32,000 nt of DNA from Pseudomonas aeruginosa. Its GTDB lineage: Bacteria; Pseudomonadota; Gammaproteobacteria; Pseudomonadales; Pseudomonadaceae. Positions 17,864 through 27,278 of this stretch are shown piece after piece. The stretch is from positions 3,330,001-3,362,000 of the forward strand of contig NZ_LN831024.1 in NCBI RefSeq assembly GCF_001457615.1, read 5' to 3'. Below the pieces are notes generated by a model that saw nothing but the letters and a program-made list of their open reading frames with translations, made no database searches and was not told the DNA's origin. Numbering within the stretch: the stretch's first letter is position 1; each line of letters starts with the position of its first letter. A program made the translations under genes and the position numbers.

Positions 17864-20509
17864 TCAGACCGAGGCTTCGCGCTCCAGCAAGTGGCAGAGC
17901 GCGGTCTTCAGCTTCATCGGCCGCACCGGCTTGTGCATCAGGGTATGGCCAAGCTCGCGGACCTGCTGCTTGAGCTCGTTGCTGTAGTTGGCGGTGATCA
18001 TCAGCGCCGGCAGCGGCGAGCCGCGCCGGGCGTTGATCGCGGCGACCGCGTCGACGCCGTTGCGCTGGTCGTCGAGGTGATAGTCGACGATCAGCAGGTC
18101 GGCCTCGGCATGGTAGTTGTCGACCTGCCGCGCCAGGTCTTCCTCCGACAGCGCCGTCACTACCCGGCAGCCCCAGGCTTCGAGCAACGTGCGCATGCCT
18201 GCGCAGATCGCCGCATCGTTGTCCAGCACCCACACCCGCGAACCACGCAGGCGCTCGCGCAGGTCGTCCGCGCTGGCCAGCGGCTCGGCGCGACTGCGCG
18301 GGGCATGGCGGGCCAGCGGTACCTCGATGGCGAAGCATGAGCCCTTGCCCGGCAGCGAGCCGACCCGGACCCGGTGGCCGAGCATGCGGGCGATCTTGTC
18401 GACGATCGCCAATCCCAGGCCGAGCCCGCGGTCCTGGTGACAACGCTGTGACTCGCCGCGCTTGAATTCCTGGAAAATCTCGCCGAGCTTGTCGGCGGCG
18501 ATGCCCACCCCGGTGTCCCAGACCTCGATCGACAGGCGCTGCCGATGCCGGCGGCAACCCAGCAGCACGCGCCCTCGCGGGGTATAGCGGATGGCGTTGG
18601 AAAGCAGATTGCGGAGGATTCGCGCGAGCAGTTGCTGGTCGCTGCGGACCAGCGCCCCGCAGGCCACGAAGTCCAGGCGTAGCCCTTCGCTGGCGGCTAC
18701 CTGGCGGTACTCCGCGGCCAGGTTGCCGAGCAGTTCGCCAAGCTCGAACGGGGCGATGTCCGGGGTGATCACGCCGGCGTCCAGCTTGGAAATGTCCACC
18801 AGGGTGCCGAGCAGGTTCTCCACGTCCTCCAGCGAATGGCTGATGTTGTTCACCAGCGCCTCGTTGTCCCGCGTCGCGCTGCCGCGCTCCTGCAAGGCGC
18901 TGGTGAACAGCCGCGCGGCGTTCAGCGGTTGCAGCAGGTCGTGGCTGACCGCCGCGAGGAACTTGGTCTTCGACAGGTTGGCCTGTTCCGCCTCGCGCTT
19001 GGCCTCGCGCAGGCGCGCCTCGACCTGGCTGCGCTCGTGGATCTCGCGCTTGAACTGGTCGTTGAGGGTGGTCAGCTCGGCGGTCCGCTCGCGCACCCGC
19101 TGTTCGAGGTTCTGGTAGGCCTGGTGCAGCGCCTCGGCGGTCCGCCGGCGCTCGGTGATATCCCGAATCAGCACGAACAGCCCGGCGACCCGGCCGTCGG
19201 CCTGGCGGTTCGGCACGTAGGAGCGCTGCATGTAGCGCTCCTCGCCGGACAACGCGGTCTCGGCGATCTCGAAGGTCACGCTTTCGCCGGCCAGAGCCCG
19301 CTCGAAGTACGGCTCCAGGCGCCGGCAGTGCTCGGCGCCATGCACGTCGCGCAGGCAGCGGCCGAGCATCGAGCCGCTGGGCCAGCGGTACCACTCCTCG
19401 TAGACCTTGTTGGTGAATTCGTAGACCAGTTCGTCGCTGAGATAGGCGATCAGCGCCGGCACCTGGTCGGTGATCAGGCGGATCCAGCGCTCGCTGGCAC
19501 GCAACGCCTCGGCGTGGCGATAGCGTTCGGTGATGTCGGTGAAGGTGTTGACGAAGCCGCCGGTGGGCAGTGCATGGGTACGGATCTCCAGCACCCGGCC
19601 ATCGAACAGGCGCTGCTCGCGGGCGCTCAGCGGACTCCCCTGGGAGTCCTGGCTACGCGGCGTGAGCAACGGCAATTCGCTCTCCGCCATGACTTCGGCG
19701 AAGGCCCGGTGCCCGGCGATCGGGGCCAGCCCGCAGAGCTCCAGGAAGCGCCGGTTCCACAACTCCAGCACGCCGTCGGCACCGACCATCGCCACGCCCT
19801 GGGAGAGATTGTCCACCGCCCGCTGCAACAGGTGCGACTTCTGCGCCAGGGCCTGCTCGCGGCGCGCGGTCTCGCTGAGCTTGATCTCGGTGACGTCGCT
19901 GTAGAGCACCGCCAGCCCGCCGTCGCGGGTCGGTCGCTCGCTCATCCGCAGCCAGCGCTCGTCGCGCAGGCGGTACAGGGTCTGCTGGTCGCCGCCGCGC
20001 TGCTCCTCGACGATCAGCCCGCCGCTACGCGCCAGCCGGTGCAGTTCGGCGCGACGCATGCCAGGACCGATCCGCGCCCGGCTGTCGATCCACAGCGCGC
20101 GGAAGCGCTCGTTGAACAACACGATGCGTTGCTGCGGATCGAACAGGACGAAGGCGTCGGAGATGCTTTCGATGGCGTCGAGCAGATGCTGGTGGGCGGT
20201 CTCGGCACGCAGGCGAGCGTCGCTGAGCAACTGGTTGCTGGCCTTCAGTTCGAGCATCGTCTGGCTCAGCGCGTCGGTGCGCTCGCGGACCTGCTCGGCC
20301 AACACCACGGAATACTGGAAGGCACCGTAGGCCTCGTCGCTCTGCGCAGCGCTCGACTCGATGCGTCCGATCAGCGCCTGGTTGATCCGCTGCAACTTGT
20401 GCCGCTCTTCTTCGAGGGCGACGACCCGCGCCTGCAGCTCAGCGACGGACACCTCCGCGGGGTCGGCCAATGGCGACCCCGGTGAAGGTCTGGTTGATAT
20501 GCATGCCAT
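17864..20509 (-). CDS. nahK: Soluble hybrid sensor kinase NahK / ErcS' (coiled coil, multiple PAS, HisKA, HATPase, REC)
   Basis: 881 aa. H-box SHDLLQPLNAARLF. ATPase motifs LLSNAIRYT, EVWDTGVGIA and GLGLGLAIV. C-terminal receiver VWVLDNDA...LLIVDYHLD...HKPVRP. The C-terminal 400 aa are clearly paralogous to ErcS. SD GGAGAG lies 7 nt upstream of ATG 20509, inside the nosP 3' end. Confidence 0.9.
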   Translation of the reverse strand: MACISTRPSPGSPLADPAEVSVAELQARVVALEEERHKLQRINQALIGRIESSAAQSDEAYGAFQYSVVLAEQVRERTDALSQTMLELKASNQLLSDARLRAETAHQHLLDAIESISDAFVLFDPQQRIVLFNERFRALWIDSRARIGPGMRRAELHRLARSGGLIVEEQRGGDQQTLYRLRDERWLRMSERPTRDGGLAVLYSDVTEIKLSETARREQALAQKSHLLQRAVDNLSQGVAMVGADGVLELWNRRFLELCGLAPIAGHRAFAEVMAESELPLLTPRSQDSQGSPLSAREQRLFDGRVLEIRTHALPTGGFVNTFTDITERYRHAEALRASERWIRLITDQVPALIAYLSDELVYEFTNKVYEEWYRWPSGSMLGRCLRDVHGAEHCRRLEPYFERALAGESVTFEIAETALSGEERYMQRSYVPNRQADGRVAGLFVLIRDITERRRTAEALHQAYQNLEQRVRERTAELTTLNDQFKREIHERSQVEARLREAKREAEQANLSKTKFLAAVSHDLLQPLNAARLFTSALQERGSATRDNEALVNNISHSLEDVENLLGTLVDISKLDAGVITPDIAPFELGELLGNLAAEYRQVAASEGLRLDFVACGALVRSDQQLLARILRNLLSNAIRYTPRGRVLLGCRRHRQRLSIEVWDTGVGIAADKLGEIFQEFKRGESQRCHQDRGLGLGLAIVDKIARMLGHRVRVGSLPGKGSCFAIEVPLARHAPRSRAEPLASADDLRERLRGSRVWVLDNDAAICAGMRTLLEAWGCRVVTALSEEDLARQVDNYHAEADLLIVDYHLDDQRNGVDAVAAINARRGSPLPALMITANYSNELKQQVRELGHTLMHKPVRPMKLKTALCHLLEREASV

Positions 20510-21602
20510 TGAATTGCTCTCCGTAGGTGTTGAAGCCGATCACCTGCTGGCTGCGGAGAAACGCGGCGGTAGCTTGCGTGTCACCGCCGACCTCCAGCTC
20601 CAGGCGCCGCAGGAAGCAGTCGCAACCGATGGTCAGCAACGGCGGTCCGAGGCGCTCGTGGAGGCGGCGGAACTGCGCCTCCAGGTTGGGCAACAGCGGG
20701 CCGGTGCTCATCGCGGTGAGAACGATGCCGTTCTCCACCGCACAGTAGAAGGTCAGGCTCAGGTCCTCGTTGGCCTGCTGGATCGAGCGCACGTAATAGC
20801 GTTCGTCGACCCGCACCGCCAGCGGATGCGCGGAGAACAGGGCGAAATCCAGCGCCTGCGGCGCCACCCCGACCAGCCGGGCGTATTCCAGCGCCGCCGG
20901 CTCGGCGTTGAGTTCGTGGACCCGCCGGCTGCCGCTGTCGGCGCGGGTCACCACCAACTTTTCGGCGCGCGGCACCACGTGATGGGTGGTGAAGACCTCG
21001 AAGTCCAGCCAGGTGTTGACCAGCACCACCACTGCCGCCCCGGTATGGAACTGGCCCTGGTGGTAGACATGGGTGTGGGTCAGGTGCCGGTCGTCGCCGG
21101 CCGAGCCACCGAAATGCGGGATCGCGCCGAGCGCCGCGCCAAGCGCGGCGAGCACCACCTCTTCGCGGCTGGACAGGCCGTCGAGCAAGGTCAGGGCGAA
21201 ACTGTGGTCCTTGATCGGCGCCAGGCCGCCGCGGCGACAGCCGGCCACCAGGGTCTCGACCATCTGCTGCGCGTCCAGCAGGCTGAAGCGCTCCATTTCG
21301 TCGATCAGCGCGCTGCTGATGGCGAAGCTGCGCACGTCGAAGCCCACCGCGCTGACGCAGCCGCGTCCGTAGCCCGCCGGAGTGATCTCGCCGGCTGTGG
21401 TGCAGCCGACCAGGTCGATGCCGCCGAAGTAGCGTTCGAGCATCTCGGCAAGGGCCGGCAGGTCGTATTCCGCGGAACAGAAGAACAGCACGAAGCCCAG
21501 GTGCGGATGGATAAGCTGGCGCGCCAGGTCCTGGGCCACCACTTCGACGTCGCGCGCGCTGGACATGCCCCTGCAGACCCCTTCCCCCTGCCCTTCGTAC
21601 AT
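20439..21602 (-). CDS. nosP: FIST-domain sensor protein NosP (PA1975-like)
   Basis: The sequence reads as FIST_N/FIST_C architecture, recognised from memory. It is co-oriented with nahK and overlaps it by 71 nt. ATG 21602 is preferred because GGGGGAG lies 5-6 nt upstream. The longest ORF starts at 21635 without an SD. Confidence 0.8.
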   Translation of the reverse strand: MYEGQGEGVCRGMSSARDVEVVAQDLARQLIHPHLGFVLFFCSAEYDLPALAEMLERYFGGIDLVGCTTAGEITPAGYGRGCVSAVGFDVRSFAISSALIDEMERFSLLDAQQMVETLVAGCRRGGLAPIKDHSFALTLLDGLSSREEVVLAALGAALGAIPHFGGSAGDDRHLTHTHVYHQGQFHTGAAVVVLVNTWLDFEVFTTHHVVPRAEKLVVTRADSGSRRVHELNAEPAALEYARLVGVAPQALDFALFSAHPLAVRVDERYYVRSIQQANEDLSLTFYCAVENGIVLTAMSTGPLLPNLEAQFRRLHERLGPPLLTIGCDCFLRRLELEVGGDTQATAAFLRSQQVIGFNTYGEQFNGMHINQTFTGVAIGRPRGGVRR

Positions 21603-21704
21603 GCCCGCTCCCCCGTCGTTCCGCCTCGCCAGCATTCTACGAAGGGCGCCGCCGCGGCCCCTATCCTACTTGGGTCGCGGCGGGGTCCTTCGAAAGTAGC
21701 GGTA

Positions 21705-22904
21705 TCACCAGTTCAGTACGGCGCCGAGGGCCACGGTGTCGGTGTCCTCGTCGAGCGCGGCACCGTCGCGCCCGTCGATCCGGTAGCGGTTCAGCTCGGC
21801 GACCAGCTTGAGGTTGTCGTTGATCGTACGGAAATAGGCGATGCCGCGACTCTCGTAGTCGGCCGCGGAACCCAGGCCGTTGCCGTCGTCGACGGTCTTG
21901 CCGTAGGACAGCGCCAGGCGGTTCTTGCCCCATGAATACGAGCCCTGCAGCAATGCGCCGCGGCTGTCCACCTCGCGCAGCGCGGCTTCGCCGGCGTTGT
22001 TGGTGAAGAAGGGATTGATGCCCTTGGCGGTGAACCCCGAACCGGTCACGGAGAAGCCGCCCATCTTCACCTGCAAGCCATAGCCGACCCCCTTGGAAGT
22101 CACGCTGTCGACGCTGTCGCTGGTGTTCTTCGAAGTCTGGTAGCCGCCGTTGATCCAGCTGTAGACCTGCGCCCCGGCCAGGTCGAACTGGTAGCTGACC
22201 TCGCTCTCGTAGCGCGGGTTGTCCTGGTAGGCCTTGTCGTCGAGGCCGTCGCTGGCATCTTTGTCGATCTGGTTGGAGTCGATCGGGTCGAGGATGCCCA
22301 CGGCGATGCGCAGGCCGGGCAGCAGGTTGTTGTTGCGGTAGGTGATCTGCGAGGTGGGGAACGGATACGGATAGCCGGTGCCGATGTTGCCGAAGGAGAC
22401 GCCCTTGCCGTCCACCAGGCCGAGGGTGTCGCTGGGGTTGCCGAAACCGGCCAGCAGTTCGTCGAGGAAGATGTTCGAGCGCGAGAACAGGCCGAAGTCC
22501 TTGCCGATCAGCACCTCGCCCCAGTCGCCGGCGACCGTGCCGTAGAACTGACGGACGTCGATGGCGGTATCGGTGCCGTCGGTCTCGCTGTCGTTGATGG
22601 TCACCCAGAAGGAAGCGCGACCACCGAGGCTCATCTCGTCGACCTTCCTGCCGAAGTTGAAGCCGATGTAGTTCGGCAGGAATCCCATCTTCACCCGCGA
22701 CTGGCGGCGATCGTAGGTCTCGCCCTGGCGGTCGACGTCGCTGTTGACGTAGAAGGCGTTGAAGTAGCCGTCGGTGGAAAAGGTGGTCTCGTCCTTGTCG
22801 TACAGCAGGATATCGGCGGCGGCCGGTTGCAGGCCGCCCAGGGCACCCAGCGAGGCCAGGGTCAGCGGCAGGATTCGGCGAACGGCGGTGTTGTTCTTGT
22901 TCAT
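21705..22904 (-). CDS. Outer-membrane porin-like beta-barrel protein (PA1974-like)
   Basis: 399 aa. Signal peptide MNKNNTAVRRILPLTLASLGALGGLQPAAA/D. Alternating amphipathic strands rich in G/Y/D/N. C-terminal ...VALGAVLNW ends in an aromatic residue, as in OM beta-barrels. GGAG lies 7 nt upstream of the ATG. Confidence 0.7.
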   Translation of the reverse strand: MNKNNTAVRRILPLTLASLGALGGLQPAAADILLYDKDETTFSTDGYFNAFYVNSDVDRQGETYDRRQSRVKMGFLPNYIGFNFGRKVDEMSLGGRASFWVTINDSETDGTDTAIDVRQFYGTVAGDWGEVLIGKDFGLFSRSNIFLDELLAGFGNPSDTLGLVDGKGVSFGNIGTGYPYPFPTSQITYRNNNLLPGLRIAVGILDPIDSNQIDKDASDGLDDKAYQDNPRYESEVSYQFDLAGAQVYSWINGGYQTSKNTSDSVDSVTSKGVGYGLQVKMGGFSVTGSGFTAKGINPFFTNNAGEAALREVDSRGALLQGSYSWGKNRLALSYGKTVDDGNGLGSAADYESRGIAYFRTINDNLKLVAELNRYRIDGRDGAALDEDTDTVALGAVLNW

Positions 22905-22924
22905 GGCGCACTCCGCGAGGTGAA

Positions 22925-22941
22925 ACGACCGGGCCGGTCGT
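22925..22941. promoter_or_regulatory. 17-bp perfect palindrome in the porin gene leader
   Basis: ACGACCGG-g-CCGGTCGT, 21-37 nt upstream of the porin ATG and just 5' of its SD. It could be either a 5'UTR hairpin or a dimeric regulator site. Confidence 0.3.
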
Positions 22942-23170
22942 GGCGGAGCCGATTATCGAAACCGGGAAAGCCCTGCCATACGCTTCCTTGGGCCTGCTTC
23001 GACGCTTCTTCATGGTGGGCGTGGGTGCCGCTGCGCAAGGCGCGGGCAGCGCTCCTCCGGCGGTAGCGCAACCTTGGTCGCGGCGGGAGCGCCACCGAAG
23101 CAGCGCGGCTTTCGACCTAACGCCGCAGTGACGCCGGCAAGGCTGTCGTCGAGTTACCGCGTGGCTCGCT

Positions 23171-25498
23171 TCAGCGCCGGCTGGAAAGCACCCACCAGCC
23201 GCCACGCGCCTCCAGCAACCGGGCCTGGGCCGCGAGCAGGTCGTCGCCGCTCAGGCCGAGGGCGGCCTCGGCGAGCAGCCGGGAGCGACCGGCACCACCG
23301 CCAAGGTGCTCCGCCCAGGCGCGCCGTGCTCGCTCGGCGAAGCTACCCGGTGCTCGGCGCAGGTCGTCGGCGAGGGCTTCGCGCAGGCCGGCCAGGCGTC
23401 GCGCCGGCAGTTGCGCGAGCGCCTCGGCGGAGCGCTGGAGGAAGGTCTCCATATGCTCCAGCAGGCGTTCCGGGCAGGCACGCGGAGATTGCGCGGCGAA
23501 CAGCAGGCCGCGCCGGGCGCCGACCTCGCGGAAGCCGCAGAACAACGCGTAGCCCAGTTGCAGCTCGTCGCGCAGGCGCCGCTGGAAGGCCGGTTCGTGC
23601 AGGCGCGCCAGCAAGCGCCAGGCCGCCTCCATCGGCACCTCCTGCGTGGGCAGCGGACAGAACAGCAGCAACGCCGACTCGCCGTCCATGGCCAGTTCGC
23701 GGCGATGCCGTCCGGGCCTCGGCGGCAGAGGCTCCAGGCGCTCGCCGGCAGCCTGGCCGGGCATCCATCGGGGATCTGGCATCGCGGCCTGCATGACCAA
23801 GGCGTCCCAGCGGGTCCGCCGCCAGTCGTCGACCTCCGCCAGCGGCTCGCCGAGTAGGCCGGGCAAGGCGTCCAGCAACTGCCGGATCGGCAGGCCACTG
23901 GCGCTGCGGCGCCGCTCGGCGGAGGACAGACGCTCGCCGTTTGCGCGCCAGTCGGGCGGCGCCGCGAGGAGCCGGGCCAGGGCCGGGCGCACGGCGGCCT
24001 CGAGGCGATCGCGCGGACCGAGCAGGCTCAGCGACCAGTCTTCGCCGAGCGCCTCCAGGCCCATCTCCACTCCCCCCAGGCGCGCCTGGCCGCACAGCGG
24101 ACGCAACGCCTGGCGCAGCGCCAGGAAGCGTGACCGTGCGGGCACACCGGGAAAGCGCCAGCGCAGGAACAGCGCGCCCTCGGCGGCGGCACTGGGCGGC
24201 AACGGCAGTTCGAAGCGCCAGGCATGCCGCTGCGCGGCCAGCGGCGGCGCTGCGGCAACCGGCGCCACACTCAGGCGGAAGCCCGCCGACCAGCGCGCTT
24301 CGGCACCGTCGAGTTCGCTGTCCAGGTGCAGCCGCAGGCAACGGTCGGCGCGCAGCGCGTCCAGGCAGGCCGGGCGAATCTCCGCTGGCAGGCCAAGAAC
24401 GCGCTGGCGTAGTCGCTCCAGCGGTGCAGTGGGCTCCGCCAGCAACGGCCGGCGCGCCGCCAGCAGGCTGGCGGCATCGTCGCGCAGGTCGCCCAGCCAG
24501 TCGAAAAAGGCCGCCTCCAGCGCCGCCGCCGCGCTGCCGTCGAACAGTTCGAAGGTCAACGCCAGGAGCGCCTGCCGCGCGTCCCGATGAACCACCCGCA
24601 GCGCCGCCGATTCGCCCAGGCCCTGTTCGCCGAGTGCCGCCAGCAACCCGCCCGGCGAGCGATCGCCGAGCAATTCGGCGAACGCCTGCAGGGTCTGTTC
24701 GTCGGCCTCCCGCAAAGCGTCGAGGGCAAAGCCCAGCACCAGCCGCGGCGGTCCCGGCAGGCGCAGCGCCAGCGCTTCGCCGGCGAAGGGCAGCAACGGC
24801 GGCGGCGGCGGACTCGCGCCTGGCGCGCGCCCCGGCAGGTCGGCGCAGGCACGCTGCGCCAGCCTCTCCAGCTCGTCCAGTGCCTGCGGCCCTTGCAGCC
24901 ATAGCTGGCAATTGCCGGCGTGATAGTGGGCGGCATGGAATTCGCGCAGGGCCCGCTGGAACGCATCGTTCTCCAGGGCCAGGCTGTCGCGGCGCCCGGC
25001 AGCGAAACGCCGCAGGGGGTGTCCGGCGGGCAGGCCGAGGGCCAGCGCTGCGTCGATCAGGGTCTGCTCGTCGGCCGAGCGCGCCAGGTATTCGGCCTCG
25101 AGTACTTCGCGCTCGCGCCGTTGCGCATCGATGTCCAGCAAGGGGCGGGCGAGCATGTCGATCAGCCGTGCCAGACCGGCGCCAAGGTGCTCCGCCGTCA
25201 CCTCGAAGAAATAGTCGGTGGTCCTGCCCCGGGTGCTGGCGTTGACCTGGCCGCCGCGCACCTGCAACCACGGCATCAGGCGCTCGTCGCCGGGAAACGC
25301 CGCGCCACCGAGAAACGACAGGTGCTCGAGGAAGTGGGCCAGGCCGGGATGCGCGCTCGGCTCGTCGTGGCTGCCCGCCGCCACCCGCAGCCAGGCAGCG
25401 GCGCGCGATGCCGCCGGATCATGCGCCAGGTGCAGGCGCAGGCCGTTGGGCAGCACGCAGGCGCGGCTCCTGGGGTGGTGTTGGGCGTGGCGATCCAT
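23171..25498 (-). CDS. pqqF: M16-family zinc metalloprotease PqqF
   Basis: 775 aa with the inverted zinc-binding motif HxxEH (GLAHFLEHLSFLGG) about 50 residues from the N-terminus. Pitrilysin-like size. GAGGA SD 6 nt upstream. It is unlinked from pqqA-H, as known for P. aeruginosa. Confidence 0.9.
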   Translation of the reverse strand: MDRHAQHHPRSRACVLPNGLRLHLAHDPAASRAAAWLRVAAGSHDEPSAHPGLAHFLEHLSFLGGAAFPGDERLMPWLQVRGGQVNASTRGRTTDYFFEVTAEHLGAGLARLIDMLARPLLDIDAQRREREVLEAEYLARSADEQTLIDAALALGLPAGHPLRRFAAGRRDSLALENDAFQRALREFHAAHYHAGNCQLWLQGPQALDELERLAQRACADLPGRAPGASPPPPPLLPFAGEALALRLPGPPRLVLGFALDALREADEQTLQAFAELLGDRSPGGLLAALGEQGLGESAALRVVHRDARQALLALTFELFDGSAAAALEAAFFDWLGDLRDDAASLLAARRPLLAEPTAPLERLRQRVLGLPAEIRPACLDALRADRCLRLHLDSELDGAEARWSAGFRLSVAPVAAAPPLAAQRHAWRFELPLPPSAAAEGALFLRWRFPGVPARSRFLALRQALRPLCGQARLGGVEMGLEALGEDWSLSLLGPRDRLEAAVRPALARLLAAPPDWRANGERLSSAERRRSASGLPIRQLLDALPGLLGEPLAEVDDWRRTRWDALVMQAAMPDPRWMPGQAAGERLEPLPPRPGRHRRELAMDGESALLLFCPLPTQEVPMEAAWRLLARLHEPAFQRRLRDELQLGYALFCGFREVGARRGLLFAAQSPRACPERLLEHMETFLQRSAEALAQLPARRLAGLREALADDLRRAPGSFAERARRAWAEHLGGGAGRSRLLAEAALGLSGDDLLAAQARLLEARGGWWVLSSRR

Positions 25499-25543
25499 GG
25501 GCGTCCTCGCGGGTTCCGAGGCTGAACCTTACCCTTCCGCGAG

Positions 25544-25567
25544 GCGAAGGAAATAGTCCTTTCGCCG
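25544..25567 (-). terminator. Bulged hairpin just after the eptA stop (weak or leaky terminator candidate)
   Basis: Minus strand: GGCGAA(A)GGA-ctatt-TCCTTCGCC, starting 8 nt after the eptA TGA. No U-tract follows. pqqF starts 46 nt further on. Confidence 0.3.
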
Positions 25568-25574
25568 AGTCGTA

Positions 25575-27278
25575 TCAGGAAGCCGGCGGCTCCTGGCCAG
25601 ACGCTTCCTCGGAGTACAGCGCCCGTCCGCCGTCGGCCTTGAGCGCCTGCAGGACCTCCGGCGCACGGCACGGGGCGAACAGGTCGAGGCCGGGATCGTA
25701 GGCGCCGGTGCGCACTTCCAGCAGGCCGAGCATCGAGTGGAACAGGTTGTCCTGGGACAGCTCCTCGTTGCTGCGCTGGCGCAGGCAGCCACTGTCGAGG
25801 CCGAAGGCGCTCTGGTAGCCGGGCGAGAACCAGGCCAGCATGCCGACGTGCTTCTGCTGGTCCGGCGCCAGCAGGTAAGGCGTGCCATGCAGGTAGAGGT
25901 TGTACTCGCCGAGCGACTCGCCATGGTCGGAGAGGTAGAGCATGCCGGTATCGATGCGCTCTTCGTTCTTGCGCAGCAGGTCGATCAGGCTGGCCAGCAC
26001 GTGGTCGGTGTACAGCAGGGTGTTGTCGTAGCCGTTGATGATGCTGTCCCGCGAGCAGGCGCTGAAGTCGTTGCTGGCGCAGACCGGGGTGAACTTCTCG
26101 TACTCCCTGGGATAGCGCTTGAAGTAGGCCGGGCCGTGGCTGCCCATCTGGTGCAGGACCAGCACGGTGTCCTGTTGCAGCCCGTCGATGAAGGCCTGCA
26201 AGTCGCGCAGGAGGATCTCGTCATGGCACTCGCCGCCGGCGCACAGGGCCGGATCCTTGCTCTCGCTCAGGTCCTGGAAGGCGACGCGGTCGCAGGTGCC
26301 CTTGCAGCCGGACTGGTTGTCCCGCCACAGGACCCGCAGGCCTGCGCGCTGCAACACATCGAGAAGGCCTTCCTGGGTGCGCGCGCGAGCGTCGCTGTAG
26401 TCCGCGCGGCCCAGGTTGGAGAACATGCAGGGCACCGACACCGCGGTCTCGGTACCGCAGGAGTGCACGTTGGAGAAGTTGATCAGGCCCTCCTCGGCCT
26501 TCAGCCGCGGGTTGGTCTCGCGAGCGTAGCCGTTGAGGCCGAAGTTCTGTGCCCGCGCGCTCTCACCCACCACCAGCACGGTCAGCGACTTGCGCGCATG
26601 GCCCTGCCACAGGTCGGCGCGCCGGGCATCGACGGCGATCGGCCGCAGCGGCTGGCTGGCGGCCTGGGCCTGGCCCTTGGCGTAGCCGATGGCGGCGCCG
26701 ACCAGGTTGCTCGGGGTGACCTGCAGGCGCAGTTCCTTGTTGTTGCGGAACAGCGAGGACAGCCCCTGGTAATTGGTCAGCGCCACCCCGGCAAGCAGGG
26801 CCAGGCAGGCGAGCGCCACCAGCAGCTTGCTCAGCAGCTCGCGTGGCCACGGCCGGTAGCGCACCGGCGTGCGCCACAGCAGCCAGACCGGCAGCGCGCC
26901 AAGCAACGCCAGGTAGACGGCGAGCTTCGGCGAAAGCAGGTCGGCGACCTCGGCCGGGTTGGTCTGCATGACGTTGCGCAGCATGCCGACGTCCATCAGC
27001 ACGCCGTACTGGGTCATGAAGTAGGTGGTACCGGCGGCCGCCAGGATCAGCAGGGTCAGCGCCGGCTTGAGCAGCCAGCGGAACGCCAGCAGGGTCAGCG
27101 CCAGGTTGAAGATCGCGGCGATCATCAGGCCGACCGCCAGCATCATGCCGAGGCCCTGCCAGCCCCCCGGGGTGATCGCCAGCAGGCGTTGCCACAGCGG
27201 CAGGTTGTAGAACAGCAGGAAGGCGAGGCTGACCAGCAGGGTCAGCAGTTCGGGACGGACGGCGCGGGCTTTCGACAT
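25575..27278 (-). CDS. eptA: Lipid A phosphoethanolamine transferase EptA (PA1972-like)
   Basis: 567 aa from MSKARAV. About five N-terminal TM helices, then a periplasmic sulfatase-fold domain with the nucleophile motif HSCGTETA and LSDHGE. The track ORF begins at GTG 27284; ATG 27278 is preferred. Confidence 0.85.
   Translation of the reverse strand: MSKARAVRPELLTLLVSLAFLLFYNLPLWQRLLAITPGGWQGLGMMLAVGLMIAAIFNLALTLLAFRWLLKPALTLLILAAAGTTYFMTQYGVLMDVGMLRNVMQTNPAEVADLLSPKLAVYLALLGALPVWLLWRTPVRYRPWPRELLSKLLVALACLALLAGVALTNYQGLSSLFRNNKELRLQVTPSNLVGAAIGYAKGQAQAASQPLRPIAVDARRADLWQGHARKSLTVLVVGESARAQNFGLNGYARETNPRLKAEEGLINFSNVHSCGTETAVSVPCMFSNLGRADYSDARARTQEGLLDVLQRAGLRVLWRDNQSGCKGTCDRVAFQDLSESKDPALCAGGECHDEILLRDLQAFIDGLQQDTVLVLHQMGSHGPAYFKRYPREYEKFTPVCASNDFSACSRDSIINGYDNTLLYTDHVLASLIDLLRKNEERIDTGMLYLSDHGESLGEYNLYLHGTPYLLAPDQQKHVGMLAWFSPGYQSAFGLDSGCLRQRSNEELSQDNLFHSMLGLLEVRTGAYDPGLDLFAPCRAPEVLQALKADGGRALYSEEASGQEPPAS

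Noticed and set aside
18836-21935. Plus-strand ORFs of 549 aa (18836..20485) and 524 aa (20361..21935).
   Set aside because: They are antisense to nahK and nosP. Their products are low-complexity and rich in A/G/R/Q/L. The sense-strand genes have complete kinase and FIST signatures.
22890-22904. An identical 15-nt stretch, ATGAACAAGAACAAC, at the starts of the porin gene (22904-22890) and exaB (11408-11394).
   Set aside because: It is explained by both signal peptides beginning MNKNN with the preferred codons. The identity stops after 15 nt, so there is no evidence of a shared regulatory element or duplication.
23074-25556. Numerous nested ORFs in both orientations over pqqF (for example the 642-aa ORF 23343..25271 on the minus strand and the 434-aa ORF 23941..25245 on the plus strand).
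   Set aside because: All are extreme R/P/A/G-rich wrong-frame products. Only the 775-aa frame has the HFLEH zinc motif, an SD and protein-like composition.
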